A stretch of DNA of 58,943 bases from a virus (IMGVR_UViG_3300003887_000023:1-58943); one strand, 5' to 3'. Counted from the first letter of the stretch, positions 17,268 to 26,243 are shown. Made by a program: numbers and translations. Notes: generated by a model from the sequence alone, not told the origin.

Positions 17268-17270
17268 TGA
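17004..17270 (+). CDS. Hypothetical protein convergent with cro
   Basis: AGGGGA RBS; PVFFVTGL...ISLTFC...AVRLIVP. Confidence 0.6.
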   Translation: MARMAETTSVPIVQQGPLPVFFVTGLVAVDAMAEYISLTFCTDQAWGRSTIAEREMAVRLIVPRSDFATMRAQIIAKLDKLMVAAGCH

Positions 17271-17527
17271 GCGGCCTCCGATGCCTGCCGGCTTGCGCTT
17301 GCCCGGCGGCGGGCCTGGATGCGGGCCATGTGCTTTTCGTCCAGGCCATCAATCCCAACCGCAGGAGCGGCAGCGATCACCGGCGGCCAATAGTCCACGT
17401 CGATCCGGCCGCTGCGCTTCATCTCGCCCGCCGTCGACACGCCTTTCTCGATCACCTTCGAAAACGGCGTGATGCCGCCAAAGGCGTCGATCAATTCCGC
17501 AACCGTTGAAAGCGAATCAGCACGCAT
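17264..17527 (-). CDS. cro: Cro-like repressor
   Basis: TVAELIDAFGGITPFSKVI...MKRSGRIDVDYW; divergent from cI. Confidence 0.75.
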   Translation of the reverse strand: MRADSLSTVAELIDAFGGITPFSKVIEKGVSTAGEMKRSGRIDVDYWPPVIAAAPAVGIDGLDEKHMARIQARRRASASRQASEAAQ

Positions 17528-17532
17528 GCCGC

Positions 17533-17599
17533 AATTAACAGAAATGCTGTTAATGAAGTCAACAGGATTTCTGGAATATTCCTGTGCAGAATCTCTGTT
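17533..17599. promoter_or_regulatory. OR operators and PR promoter
   Basis: TTAACAG-AAATG-CTGTTAA (17535-17553), ACAG-GATTT-CTGG, GCAG-AATCT-CTGT; minus strand TTGACT-N17-GTTAAT just before the cro ATG. Confidence 0.75.
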
Positions 17600-17600
17600 T

Positions 17601-18194
17601 ATGGGAGAACGACATTGGCGATTGCAGGAGGCGCGCGAGCGGGCAGGCTTTAAAAGCATGCGTGCGGCAGCGCTTCGGCACGGATGGACGCCGTCAACCT
17701 ACGCCTCGCACGAGAACGGGCAGACGCCCCTTCCGGTCGAGGCTGCGTATGAATACGGACGGGCGTTCAAAGCGTCGCCAGGATGGCTGTTGACCGGCGA
17801 AGGCCCGAAGGTCGCGCCCGGACTGACGGTCGCGGGCGAGGTCGGCGCCGGTGCCGAAATCGTCCCCTTCCCGGACAGCAACAGTCAGGAGCCCGAACCC
17901 GTCGTCGAGCCGCCGCCCGGCATGCCGCTTGATACGCAAGTTGTCGTGGTGCGCGGCAATTCCATGTATCCCCGTTATTTTGAAGGGGAAAAGCTGTTCT
18001 ACAGACGCGAGACGCGCGACCCCGGCGAACTCATCGGCCGCGAATGTGTCGTCCACCTGGCCGACGGCCGCATGCTGGTGAAGATCATCCGCAAGGGCTC
18101 GCGCAAGAACCGGTTCAATCTGGAAAGCTGGAACGCGGCCACCCTTGAAGATCAGCGGATCGAATGGGCGGCGCCCGTGAGGTGGAGGGGGTGA
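17601..18194 (+). CDS. cI: CI-like repressor (XRE HTH plus S24 autopeptidase)
   Basis: RLQEARERAG...STYASHENG, VGAG cleavage motif, VRGNSM (Ser), LVK (Lys). Confidence 0.92.
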   Translation: MGERHWRLQEARERAGFKSMRAAALRHGWTPSTYASHENGQTPLPVEAAYEYGRAFKASPGWLLTGEGPKVAPGLTVAGEVGAGAEIVPFPDSNSQEPEPVVEPPPGMPLDTQVVVVRGNSMYPRYFEGEKLFYRRETRDPGELIGRECVVHLADGRMLVKIIRKGSRKNRFNLESWNAATLEDQRIEWAAPVRWRG

Positions 18195-18748
18195 TGCGCG
18201 CGGTCGGCTTGGCGATGTGCTTTGCATTGGCGGGCTGCGGGACGTCCCAAATCGCTGATGCAGCTCGACAAGATCGTCTTGCCATCGAAGCGAAGACGAT
18301 TGGCAAGCGCAAGGTCAGCACCGGCTTCGCCTACATTTGCCCGATCCCCAACGATACGCGCCCCTGCCCGTACATAAAGGGCAGCCCTGGCCTTGTCGGC
18401 GTCGAAGTCGCCGGCAGCAGTCCTTTCGGCCAAACAAGCTATCAAGTGCTCGTCCGCACCGACGACGGTCAAACCGGCTATGTGTCCCTGCACCAATTCG
18501 AATCCATGGACGACGAAGCCGCCTATAAGGCCGAACAGGCGAAGAAAGCCGCCGCCAAGGCTGATTGCGACCGCCGAGGCGGCGTCCGAATCGGCATGAC
18601 GAAAGCCGAAGCGCTCGCCTCCTGCTGGGGCAAGCCGAGCAAGATCAACACCACGACCACAGCCACCCGAACCCATGAACAATGGGTCTATGGCTCAAGG
18701 TCTTACCTCTATTTCGACAACGGTATTTTGAGCACCATACAGAATTAA
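18194..18748 (+). CDS. Lipoprotein, candidate superinfection-exclusion factor
   Basis: Lipobox LAGC; C-terminal IGMTKAEA...WGKP...EQWVY...LYFDNG (SmpA/OmlA-like); coupled to cI. Confidence 0.75.
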   Translation: MRAVGLAMCFALAGCGTSQIADAARQDRLAIEAKTIGKRKVSTGFAYICPIPNDTRPCPYIKGSPGLVGVEVAGSSPFGQTSYQVLVRTDDGQTGYVSLHQFESMDDEAAYKAEQAKKAAAKADCDRRGGVRIGMTKAEALASCWGKPSKINTTTTATRTHEQWVYGSRSYLYFDNGILSTIQN

Positions 18749-18788
18749 CAGAAAGCCTGTTGACAGAATTTCTGTAAATCCCTATTCT
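18745..18788 (+). promoter_or_regulatory. PL promoter with OL operators
   Basis: TTGACA(18760-65)-N17-TATTCT(18783-88); operators ACAG-AAAGC-CTGT and ACAG-AATTT-CTGT match OR. Confidence 0.85.
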
Positions 18789-18790
18789 CC

Positions 18791-18806
18791 CGTTTCACGT
18801 GAAACG
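18791..18806. promoter_or_regulatory. parS-type palindrome
   Basis: CGTTTCACGTGAAACG; the inner 14 bp match the bacterial parS consensus TGTTTCACGTGAAACA. Confidence 0.7.
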
Positions 18807-18817
18807 CTCACGGGGAG

Positions 18818-19540
18818 ATGGGGAAGATGGGGTTCAAAAAAACATTCGATACCCGCGAAGGCGAGATGCGCAGCATCCGCTTTTCCGATCTCAACCACAC
18901 GCCGCATTGGAAACGATCCGGAGCTGCCGACGGATATGCGTCGGTTGAATTCTCTACCCACAGCAAGAACGCCTACCTCTCGATCGACGCCGAAGAGCAG
19001 GCGCGCGACCTGCAGACGGGCCGGGTCGCCAGCAAGCGGACGATGATTTCGCTTGCGGAGCCGCAGGCGCGTGATCTGTACGCGTGGCTCAAAGAGCGTT
19101 TTGAAGCCGCCGAGGAAGTCGAGAGGGCCGCCCGATGCCCTCCGCCCTCAAGGTCACCCCAGCCACCGCACGCCCCCCAGATCGGCGACTACATCGCCCG
19201 CAATGAACCGCATGGCCTTGGCGAGCGCGGCGCCTATGTCGCGCTCATTACCGGGCACGGCGGATGGTGCCCCGACGAAAAGCGCATCTGCCATTGCGAG
19301 ACGATCGAGGGCGCCCGCGCGCTGGCGAAACTCTGCAACGACACTCGCGACCTTGCCGAGCAATGGCACAGCCTGTCGACGCGGGCGCCCGGCCCGTCCG
19401 GTCGCGATCTCGGCGCCGAGGAGTGGGCCAAGGGCTTGATCGCCCGCGCCATCGTCAAGGTGCTTGGCATCAACGCCATGCACGACTTCGGCGCATCCGA
19501 ACTGGGCTTGCCGATGTTCGGCGACAAGGGAGGCAACTGA
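18818..19540 (+). CDS. Hypothetical protein, first PL gene
   Basis: GGGGAG RBS, long ORF. Confidence 0.65.
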   Translation: MGKMGFKKTFDTREGEMRSIRFSDLNHTPHWKRSGAADGYASVEFSTHSKNAYLSIDAEEQARDLQTGRVASKRTMISLAEPQARDLYAWLKERFEAAEEVERAARCPPPSRSPQPPHAPQIGDYIARNEPHGLGERGAYVALITGHGGWCPDEKRICHCETIEGARALAKLCNDTRDLAEQWHSLSTRAPGPSGRDLGAEEWAKGLIARAIVKVLGINAMHDFGASELGLPMFGDKGGN

Positions 19541-19541
19541 C

Positions 19542-19742
19542 ATGCCTCCCCTCGCCTCCTGGTCTCGCCCCACAACCCCGCGCGATCTCGCTGCACAAGC
19601 ATTCTGGTCAGACACACACCCGGTCAATCTGGCGTATCGGCGGAAGCATCCGGGACAATCGTTCAAGCCATCTGATCTTGCGGCATTCATCGTCGTTGAT
19701 TGCGCGACGCTGGCATTCAGCGATCAACCGGAGGCGGCGTGA
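19542..19742 (+). CDS. Hypothetical protein
   Basis: GGAGG RBS; coupled. Confidence 0.55.
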   Translation: MPPLASWSRPTTPRDLAAQAFWSDTHPVNLAYRRKHPGQSFKPSDLAAFIVVDCATLAFSDQPEAA

Positions 19743-20080
19743 TGGCCGAACGAACCCGCGACAGACTGGCCGCCGAGCTGCGCAAAGTCGCCTCCATCGC
19801 CTCACCGGACAACGCCGCCAAATACGAGACGTTCGCGAAACGAGCCGAGACGGGCGAGTTCGACGATTACGCCGACACCTACGCGTGCCCGATCACGCAG
19901 CTCTATTCGGAACTGCTCGCCGCCGGCTTTACCAAGTTCGCGGCCCGGGTCGCCAATGGTGAATTCGACGCCACCAAGGAAGAAAGCGACGAGTGGGCAC
20001 GAAGCCCGTCCGGTCAGGATGCCGCGCGGCGCCTTTCGCCAACGCTGCGCACGCTGCTCGGCCTTGATCTGCTGAACTAG
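19742..20080 (+). CDS. Hypothetical protein
   Basis: MAERTRDRLAAEL...GEFDDY. Confidence 0.7.
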   Translation: MAERTRDRLAAELRKVASIASPDNAAKYETFAKRAETGEFDDYADTYACPITQLYSELLAAGFTKFAARVANGEFDATKEESDEWARSPSGQDAARRLSPTLRTLLGLDLLN

Positions 20081-20091
20081 GGAACCGGCAC

Positions 20092-20451
20092 ATGGCCCAC
20101 ATCTCCCTTGCTCCATCTCCTGCCGCTGATCCTGGCGAAGCCTTCGGCCGCACGATCGGCGATGCCCTGGAATTCATGGGCGAGGCGGACACCTGCCTCA
20201 TTCGTGTTCCTGTCGGTGATGGTGGCTTCAACTATCTCTCGATTCCCGCCGACGTCGTCCTGATCGCTTTATCATCACATGATCCCAGGCAGCCGATGCC
20301 GTGCTGCCTGCAGCGGCGGACACTCACGCTCGGCGACGCGGTCGCAATCATACGGGCGGACAGCGATTGCCCGGCCTGCCATCTGAAATTCAAGGACGGT
20401 GACACTTGCCGGAATGGTGGGTGTCCCATGGGAGCGGAATTCTCCGTCTGA
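20092..20451 (+). CDS. Hypothetical protein (Cys-rich C-terminus)
   Basis: CPAC...CRNGGC. Confidence 0.55.
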   Translation: MAHISLAPSPAADPGEAFGRTIGDALEFMGEADTCLIRVPVGDGGFNYLSIPADVVLIALSSHDPRQPMPCCLQRRTLTLGDAVAIIRADSDCPACHLKFKDGDTCRNGGCPMGAEFSV

Positions 20452-20479
20452 GTTTCAACACATCAACCAGGAGGCTTTT

Positions 20480-21037
20480 ATGGCCAAGCGCCGTTTACTG
20501 CAGTGGATGCGAGAAAACCTCAAGGTTCACGCCTCCAAAATCGTGTTGCCAGTTACACAAAAGAAGGCGCTGGACGCGGCCTATAAGAAGGCATCCGGCC
20601 TTGTTGCCGCCGTCATCGCCAAGAAATTCCCGCCGTCCGAAATGAAGGTGCTGGCGAAGTGGAAACAGGCCGCGCGTTGCGCCACGACGAAGCTACAGCT
20701 TCCGAACAGCGCCGTGGTGCAGTTCGTGTTCGCGAACGATGACGCCCCGCAGCGGCCCGATCATTACGAATACAATCACCAGATTTTCCTTGTCGACGCC
20801 ATCACGGCGGCGGCGGTCGAGAGGTGGATTTCTGCCGACGAAACCTATCAGGCAGAACGCAAGAGCCGGTTGACCGCCTATACCGCGCTCATCGACGGAG
20901 CGTCGTTCGTCGAGGACGTCATCGACGTATGGCCCGAAGCCAAGAGTGTCTTGCCTGCCGGCTCGCCGCTGATCCCACTTGGACCCGAACAGATCGCCCT
21001 TGTGAAGCGTGACCAGCAAGAGCGGAAGGCAGCCTGA
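20480..21037 (+). CDS. Nmad5-like (nucleotide-modification-associated domain 5) protein
   Basis: AGGAGG RBS; KRRL...; C-terminal VEDVIDVWPEA...LP signature. Confidence 0.65.
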   Translation: MAKRRLLQWMRENLKVHASKIVLPVTQKKALDAAYKKASGLVAAVIAKKFPPSEMKVLAKWKQAARCATTKLQLPNSAVVQFVFANDDAPQRPDHYEYNHQIFLVDAITAAAVERWISADETYQAERKSRLTAYTALIDGASFVEDVIDVWPEAKSVLPAGSPLIPLGPEQIALVKRDQQERKAA

Positions 21038-21039
21038 TC

Positions 21040-22041
21040 ATGCGCATCCGTGACCACGAAGGCGTTCGCGGCAAAGTCGACGCCTACCCGTTCGATCCGC
21101 GCCTGTTGAAGGTCGATCCGGATTACAACATCCGTGACCTCACGACACCGGAAGCGCGGGCGAAGCTGGACGAGTTGAAGGTGTCCGTGCGCGAGCGCGG
21201 CGTCCGCTCGCCGCTCCTGGTCAGGATGGACGGCGACGACTGCATCATCGTCGAGGGGCATCGGCGACACACCGTCGTCATGGAACTGATCGGCGAAGGT
21301 GTCGATATCGAAACCGTCCTCTGTCTGCAGGAGCCGAAAGGCACGACGCCGCTCGATCGCGACATCGGGCTTGTCGTCTCGAACTCGGGCGAAAAGCTCG
21401 AACCCCTGGAATTCGCCAACCTGATCTATCGATTGATCACGGTGCATGGATTGTCCGAAGCCGACGCCGGCAAGAAGCTGCACAAGTCCGTCGAGGTGAT
21501 CCGCCGTCACCTGGAATTGCGAGCCTCCCCCGAGCCCGTCAAGGCCATGGTCAAGGCCGGCGAAGTCTCTGCGACGACGGCCGTCAACGAAGTCCGCAAG
21601 AACGGATCGAAGGCAACCGAGACGCTCCGCAAAGCCAAGGACGACGCGGCGGCGGCCGGCAAGACGAAGGTGACGCCGAAGCGGTTGGCACAGTCGGCGG
21701 CGCCAGAACCGGAGCCCGAGTCCGAGCCGTTGCCCTCGGTTCGTGAAATGCTCGACATGGGCATGGACGAGAAAGGTGCGCGGGCGCTGACGGAGGCGCT
21801 TGCCCCTGACGCATCTCAGCCGTGGGTTGCTCGTTCTGTCCAGGCCGCAGTTGCCGGCCCGTCCATTCCCCGCAAGGACGTCACCGACCTGATCATCGCC
21901 ATCAAGCCGATCTTCGAAGCGGTGAGGCTGTTCGATCTTTCTGAATTCGAGGACGACGAGACGATCACCATTCAGTTGACCGTGCCCCAGGCGCGAGCCT
22001 TCGACATTCACTTCGCCAAGGTGACGGGAGGGGAGTCGTGA
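21040..22041 (+). CDS. ParB/Spo0J-like protein
   Basis: NIR...LDELKVSVRERGVRSPLLV...IVEGHRR, followed by HTH (GLSEADAGKKLHKSVEVI). Confidence 0.85.
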   Translation: MRIRDHEGVRGKVDAYPFDPRLLKVDPDYNIRDLTTPEARAKLDELKVSVRERGVRSPLLVRMDGDDCIIVEGHRRHTVVMELIGEGVDIETVLCLQEPKGTTPLDRDIGLVVSNSGEKLEPLEFANLIYRLITVHGLSEADAGKKLHKSVEVIRRHLELRASPEPVKAMVKAGEVSATTAVNEVRKNGSKATETLRKAKDDAAAAGKTKVTPKRLAQSAAPEPEPESEPLPSVREMLDMGMDEKGARALTEALAPDASQPWVARSVQAAVAGPSIPRKDVTDLIIAIKPIFEAVRLFDLSEFEDDETITIQLTVPQARAFDIHFAKVTGGES

Positions 22042-22367
22042 ACACGATCAGCCAGGAAGTCGCTGCCGCCATTTGGCAGGCGCATCGCGAGATCGAGACG
22101 GCGACGAAGTTGCTCGCCGAGATTGTCGACAAGAAGAAATGGGGCGACGAGCCGACCTTGCGCGACGCATTCGGGCGCGTTCGGGGGTTTCAGTTCGGTG
22201 TGCCGATGGGCAGCGACGGACATCGGCTGTTTGATGTCAGCCCCGAACTATCCCGACACGTGATCGAGGCGCACATCGCCAACAAGCAGCGCGAGCTCGC
22301 CGAGGCGTGCATCGCCGCTCGCATGGAACTGGACGGCCTCAAGGCCGGCGCCACGAAACCGGAGTAA
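22038..22367 (+). CDS. Hypothetical protein
   Basis: GTGA-coupled ORF. Confidence 0.7.
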   Translation: MNTISQEVAAAIWQAHREIETATKLLAEIVDKKKWGDEPTLRDAFGRVRGFQFGVPMGSDGHRLFDVSPELSRHVIEAHIANKQRELAEACIAARMELDGLKAGATKPE

Positions 22368-22373
22368 TGCGTC

Positions 22374-22952
22374 ATGAACCTCGCCGATTTCCAATCCCGC
22401 CCCTTCGTCCCGGCGCCGCCGGCACCGTTCGCGCCCGACCTGACCGACTCTCAGAAGATGGCGCTGCTCATGTTGCGCCGGCGCATGGGCAACGAGCTCG
22501 CCGGCAAGGTGCTCGATCATTGCGAAGAGATGTCCTTTCCCGAGCCCGAGCCGGGCGATTGGGCGAGCCTGATCCGCGAGGGCTACATCTGCCGCCAGAA
22601 GATGCCCAAGGGCACCAGGACGTGGCTGGTGCTCACGCCGAGGGGCTTGGCAGTGCAAGCCTCGATCGCGGCCGACTTGGCCCGCAAGTTCAAGATCCAC
22701 CACATCACGATTCAACGCACCCGGGGCTTCGGCGCATCGGCCCGCTGCTGTTGTGGCCATTGGAGCGCGACCGCGCCCGATCGTGACTATGGCGAATCCA
22801 GGCTTGCCCGCGAAGGTGCCAACCACGTCGCCGAGCTGACCGCTGACCCGGATGCGATCGAGAAACGCCGCGCCCGGATGGATGTGATCTTTGCCCGCGT
22901 CGCGGCTGCGGGTGAGGAAGCCCGGGCGCGTTTCGAAGGGGCGCGAACATGA
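22374..22952 (+). CDS. Hypothetical protein (possible wHTH and Zn site)
   Basis: LVLTPRGL; CCCGHW. Confidence 0.65.
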   Translation: MNLADFQSRPFVPAPPAPFAPDLTDSQKMALLMLRRRMGNELAGKVLDHCEEMSFPEPEPGDWASLIREGYICRQKMPKGTRTWLVLTPRGLAVQASIAADLARKFKIHHITIQRTRGFGASARCCCGHWSATAPDRDYGESRLAREGANHVAELTADPDAIEKRRARMDVIFARVAAAGEEARARFEGART

Positions 22953-23293
22953 GCCAAAAACATCGCACAATCAGCGCCGAGAAATGGCGCGAAGAGGGCA
23001 AGCGGCGCTTTGGTGATGACATGAGCCATTGGCGATTTGTCTGTCCTGCGTGCGGCCATGTGGCAAGCGTTGCAGATTGGATGGCTGCAAAAGCGCCTGA
23101 TGGAGCAATCGCATTTTCCTGTATAGGCCGATATTTGCCCGGAAAACCGCGCGAAGCTTTCGTCGCGGACGAAACTGCAGGTCCATGCAATTACGCCGGC
23201 GGCGGTCTGTTTGCACTTAACCCCGTCACCGTCATCAGCGACAAAGACCACCATGTGTTCGATTTTGCTGAACCCGAGGCCCGCCATGCTTGA
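22949..23293 (+). CDS. VVA0879-like Cys-rich phage protein
   Basis: WRFVCPACGHV...FSCIGR...CNYAGGGLF. Confidence 0.7.
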   Translation: MSQKHRTISAEKWREEGKRRFGDDMSHWRFVCPACGHVASVADWMAAKAPDGAIAFSCIGRYLPGKPREAFVADETAGPCNYAGGGLFALNPVTVISDKDHHVFDFAEPEARHA

Positions 23294-23504
23294 GCGCTTC
23301 CCAAACTCCGCCCTCGTTCCCGCCGCCCTCCTAGCCGCCATCATCGCCATGGGCGCGATGATGATCCCGAGCGTCGACAAGATGGCGATGTATTTCCGTT
23401 CCCCCGCCGGCAGTGCTGCCCCCATCAACCTGCCGGCACCCCGGGCCGGCGCGGACTTGACCCCCATCGGGTCCGCGCCGGTTTCGTTTGCAGAGGCGAG
23501 GTGA
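23286..23504 (+). CDS. Small membrane protein
   Basis: LVPAALLAAIIAMGAMMI. Confidence 0.5.
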   Translation: MLERFPNSALVPAALLAAIIAMGAMMIPSVDKMAMYFRSPAGSAAPINLPAPRAGADLTPIGSAPVSFAEAR

Positions 23505-23508
23505 GGCG

Positions 23509-23862
23509 ATGGCATGGACTCACGATTGGGTGCCATCGCGGCTCGGCCACGGCGAAGCAATGTGCTCGCGGTGCTTCGTCACGAACCGCGAAGCGACAGC
23601 GCTCGGCATCACCAACACCTGCGACGTCCCGCCGAAATCCCCAGCTGTTGCGAATGACAACGCGACACGCGATCCGGAATGGAAACAAGAGGCGATCGAC
23701 GACGAAGTCTTGCGCGACATCGACGAGGAGGACGGCCCCGAGCCCGGCGAGGAATGCGGGCGCTGGAGCAACGGCCGGCTTGGCCGATTCTGCGCCAAGG
23801 CCGGGTCCGAAGAATGCGATTTCGAATGTCCATACCGCACGCTCGAAGCGGTTCGCTGTTGA
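23509..23862 (+). CDS. Cys-rich hypothetical protein
   Basis: CSRC...CAKAGSEECDFECP. Confidence 0.6.
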   Translation: MAWTHDWVPSRLGHGEAMCSRCFVTNREATALGITNTCDVPPKSPAVANDNATRDPEWKQEAIDDEVLRDIDEEDGPEPGEECGRWSNGRLGRFCAKAGSEECDFECPYRTLEAVRC

Positions 23863-23873
23863 GGACTCCACCC

Positions 23874-24161
23874 ATGCCCAACCCTAACCAATCCCTCCCC
23901 CTCGCCAAAATGGGCGATGATCTGAAAATGGCGATCGACCTGCACAAGGAAAACGCGCGTGGCGTCTATGACGCTTGCGTGGCGGAGATCGCACGCAAGA
24001 ACGATCTTCTCTCCCGTCTGTCGGACTTCATGCGGAGATGTAACCCCGACAAGGCCAAGCCCGGCGAAGACGCAACCAATGACGAATGGGATGCAATCGA
24101 AGCGGAAGTGAACGCCGCGATCGGCGGCCCCGTCAATCGAACGGAGATGGATCATGGGTAG
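23874..24161 (+). CDS. Hypothetical protein
   Basis: GAGG RBS; ORF in operon. Confidence 0.55.
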   Translation: MPNPNQSLPLAKMGDDLKMAIDLHKENARGVYDACVAEIARKNDLLSRLSDFMRRCNPDKAKPGEDATNDEWDAIEAEVNAAIGGPVNRTEMDHG

Positions 24162-24375
24162 CCGTCTCACCGCAGCCGAACTCATCGCCATCGACGAAGC
24201 CGTGAACGCCGAACTTAATCTCATGTACGGCGATGATTCCGAGCCGAGCGATACCGAACTTTTCGACTGCATCGGCTTCGATCTCGATCCGTGTTCCGAT
24301 AGTCTGGGCGGACATGTGTGGCTTGGATCGTGCGGCGAGACGCGATGCATTCATTGCGGGAAGGTCGTCGGCTGA
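24154..24375 (+). CDS. Small acidic Zn-ribbon protein
   Basis: C...H...CIHCG. Confidence 0.6.
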   Translation: MGSRLTAAELIAIDEAVNAELNLMYGDDSEPSDTELFDCIGFDLDPCSDSLGGHVWLGSCGETRCIHCGKVVG

Positions 24376-25046
24376 TGACGGACGGTCGCGCCATGCGGGT
24401 ATTGGTTGCCTGCGAATTTTCCGGCATCGTCCGCCGCGCATTCGCCGCCCGCGGGCACGACGCATGGTCGTGTGACCTCTTGCCGTCCGATGACCGAAGC
24501 AATCAGCACATCATCGGCGATGCGCGCGACTATCTCAATGATGGCTGGGACCTGTTGATTGTGGCCCATCCGCCATGCACCCGGTTATGCAAGTCCGGCC
24601 TGCGATGGCTCCATACCCCGCCGAAAGGCCGAACCCTGGACGCGATGTGGCGCGACCTTGATGACGCGGCAGCGCTGTTCTCGGCATTCTGGAATGCGCC
24701 GATCGAGCGGGTGGCGGTTGAAAATCCGCTGATGCACCGCCACGCCCAGCAACGCATCGTCAATTGGCGACCGCCAGCCCAGACCGTGCAACCCTGGCAA
24801 TTCGGCCACGGCGAGACCAAGGCAATCTGCCTATGGCTGCGCAACCTGCCGTCCCTTCTGCCGACCAACATCGTTGACGGCCGCGCCGAGCGCGTGCACC
24901 GCGCAACCGGATGGGGAAAGCATGCGGCCACCCGATGGCGCGAGCGGTCGCGGTTCTATCCCGGCGTCGCCGACGCCATGGCAGATCAGTGGGGAAGACT
25001 GAACCCTTGGGCTGACCTCCCTCTATTTGCGACGGAGGCAGCATGA
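24375..25046 (+). CDS. C5-cytosine DNA methyltransferase-like protein
   Basis: RVLVACEFSG, SCD, AHPPC (catalytic PC), VENP. Confidence 0.85.
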   Translation: MTDGRAMRVLVACEFSGIVRRAFAARGHDAWSCDLLPSDDRSNQHIIGDARDYLNDGWDLLIVAHPPCTRLCKSGLRWLHTPPKGRTLDAMWRDLDDAAALFSAFWNAPIERVAVENPLMHRHAQQRIVNWRPPAQTVQPWQFGHGETKAICLWLRNLPSLLPTNIVDGRAERVHRATGWGKHAATRWRERSRFYPGVADAMADQWGRLNPWADLPLFATEAA

Positions 25047-25450
25047 GCCGAGACCGCGCCGAATTCGACACCGCTACCAAGCGCGCTGCGTACGAGCGCA
25101 GCAAGGGAATCTGTGAATGCCATCTGGTGTGGTGCCTGCCGACGTTCGGCAAGGGCTGCGGTGTCGCCCTCGGCGAGGGCAATACGTTTTACGAACACAT
25201 CGACCCGGACGCGATTTCGAAGCGGAACGATTTAGCCAACGCAGCGGTCCTCTGCAAAACGTGTTGGTTCATCAAAAGCAACCAGTATGACAAGCCGACG
25301 ATCGCCGACAACAACCGCATGCGCGATCGAGCGCGAGGCATCAAGACCCGCCAGTCCCGCCCCATACCCGGCACCTATGCAAGCGGCATCCGGAAGCCCT
25401 TCAACCGCAAGCCGGAATGGCGTGACAGCGGCAGACCTATTTGGAAATGA
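25043..25450 (+). CDS. HNH endonuclease-like protein
   Basis: CEC...C, YEHIDP...NDLANAAVLCKTC. Confidence 0.8.
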   Translation: MSRDRAEFDTATKRAAYERSKGICECHLVWCLPTFGKGCGVALGEGNTFYEHIDPDAISKRNDLANAAVLCKTCWFIKSNQYDKPTIADNNRMRDRARGIKTRQSRPIPGTYASGIRKPFNRKPEWRDSGRPIWK

Positions 25451-25468
25451 ACAGCGGGGAGATGGATC

Positions 25469-25960
25469 GTGCCCAATCACTACCTTGAAAACGACGCGGT
25501 GATTTCGGAGTGCGGTCAGTATCGCTACCTGCTGCGCCGAACGTGGGACCACGCGAAGCCACGCGCGCTCCTGATTATGCTCAACCCGTCAACCGCCGAT
25601 GCGCGCAAGGATGACGCCACGATCCGGTCATGCGTCCGGCTGCTTTCCGGTCTTGGCTACGGCAGCATGGAAGTCGTCAACTTGTTTGCCTTCCGCGCGA
25701 CGAAGCCGGATGAGTTGGCGAAGCAGGCTGACCCAATCGGACCGAAGAACCTTGACGTGATCGAGGCGGCGATTGGTCGGTGTGACGTCGCGATCTGTGC
25801 GTGGGGTGCCTATCCGCCGGCTCGGCAGCACGCGGCAGAGCCGTTGAACGCCATTCGCTCGCGGCGCCCGGCAGTCTACTGCTTCGGCAAGACGCAGGCC
25901 GGGGCGCCGAAGCACCCACTCTACATCAAGAGCGGCACGTCACTTGAAGTCTATCCATAG
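25469..25960 (+). CDS. DUF1643 family protein
   Basis: YRYLLRRTW...MLNPSTAD...DD.T...NLFA.RATKP...AWG...PKHPLY. Confidence 0.9.
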   Translation: MPNHYLENDAVISECGQYRYLLRRTWDHAKPRALLIMLNPSTADARKDDATIRSCVRLLSGLGYGSMEVVNLFAFRATKPDELAKQADPIGPKNLDVIEAAIGRCDVAICAWGAYPPARQHAAEPLNAIRSRRPAVYCFGKTQAGAPKHPLYIKSGTSLEVYP

Positions 25961-25969
25961 GAGAGAACC

Positions 25970-26215
25970 ATGAGCAACATCACCAAACATTCCGTCGTGA
26001 TCGGCGGTCATAAGACGAGTGTCAGCCTGGAACGTCCATTCTGGAACGGCATCAAAGCCCTCGCCGACGCACGCGATATGACCATCAGCGCGCTTATCGG
26101 CGAGATCGACGAAGCGCGCGAGCCCGGCACCAATCTCGCATCGGCCTTGCGTCTCGCGGTGCTGGCGGCTGCGCAGGCAGCGGCCGGCGACATCAAGCAC
26201 CGCAAGGCAGCGTGA
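25970..26215 (+). CDS. Ribbon-helix-helix protein (RHH_4-like)
   Basis: KHSVVIGGHKTSVSLERPFW...LIGEID...NLASALR. Confidence 0.85.
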   Translation: MSNITKHSVVIGGHKTSVSLERPFWNGIKALADARDMTISALIGEIDEAREPGTNLASALRLAVLAAAQAAAGDIKHRKAA

Positions 26216-26243
26216 CAGCAGCAGAGATCGGGAGGGCGAAGCG

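Noticed and set aside
17535-17553. CtrA box in the immunity region
   Set aside because: TTAA half-sites are 11 nt apart, not 7. The site is better explained as a CI operator shared with OL.
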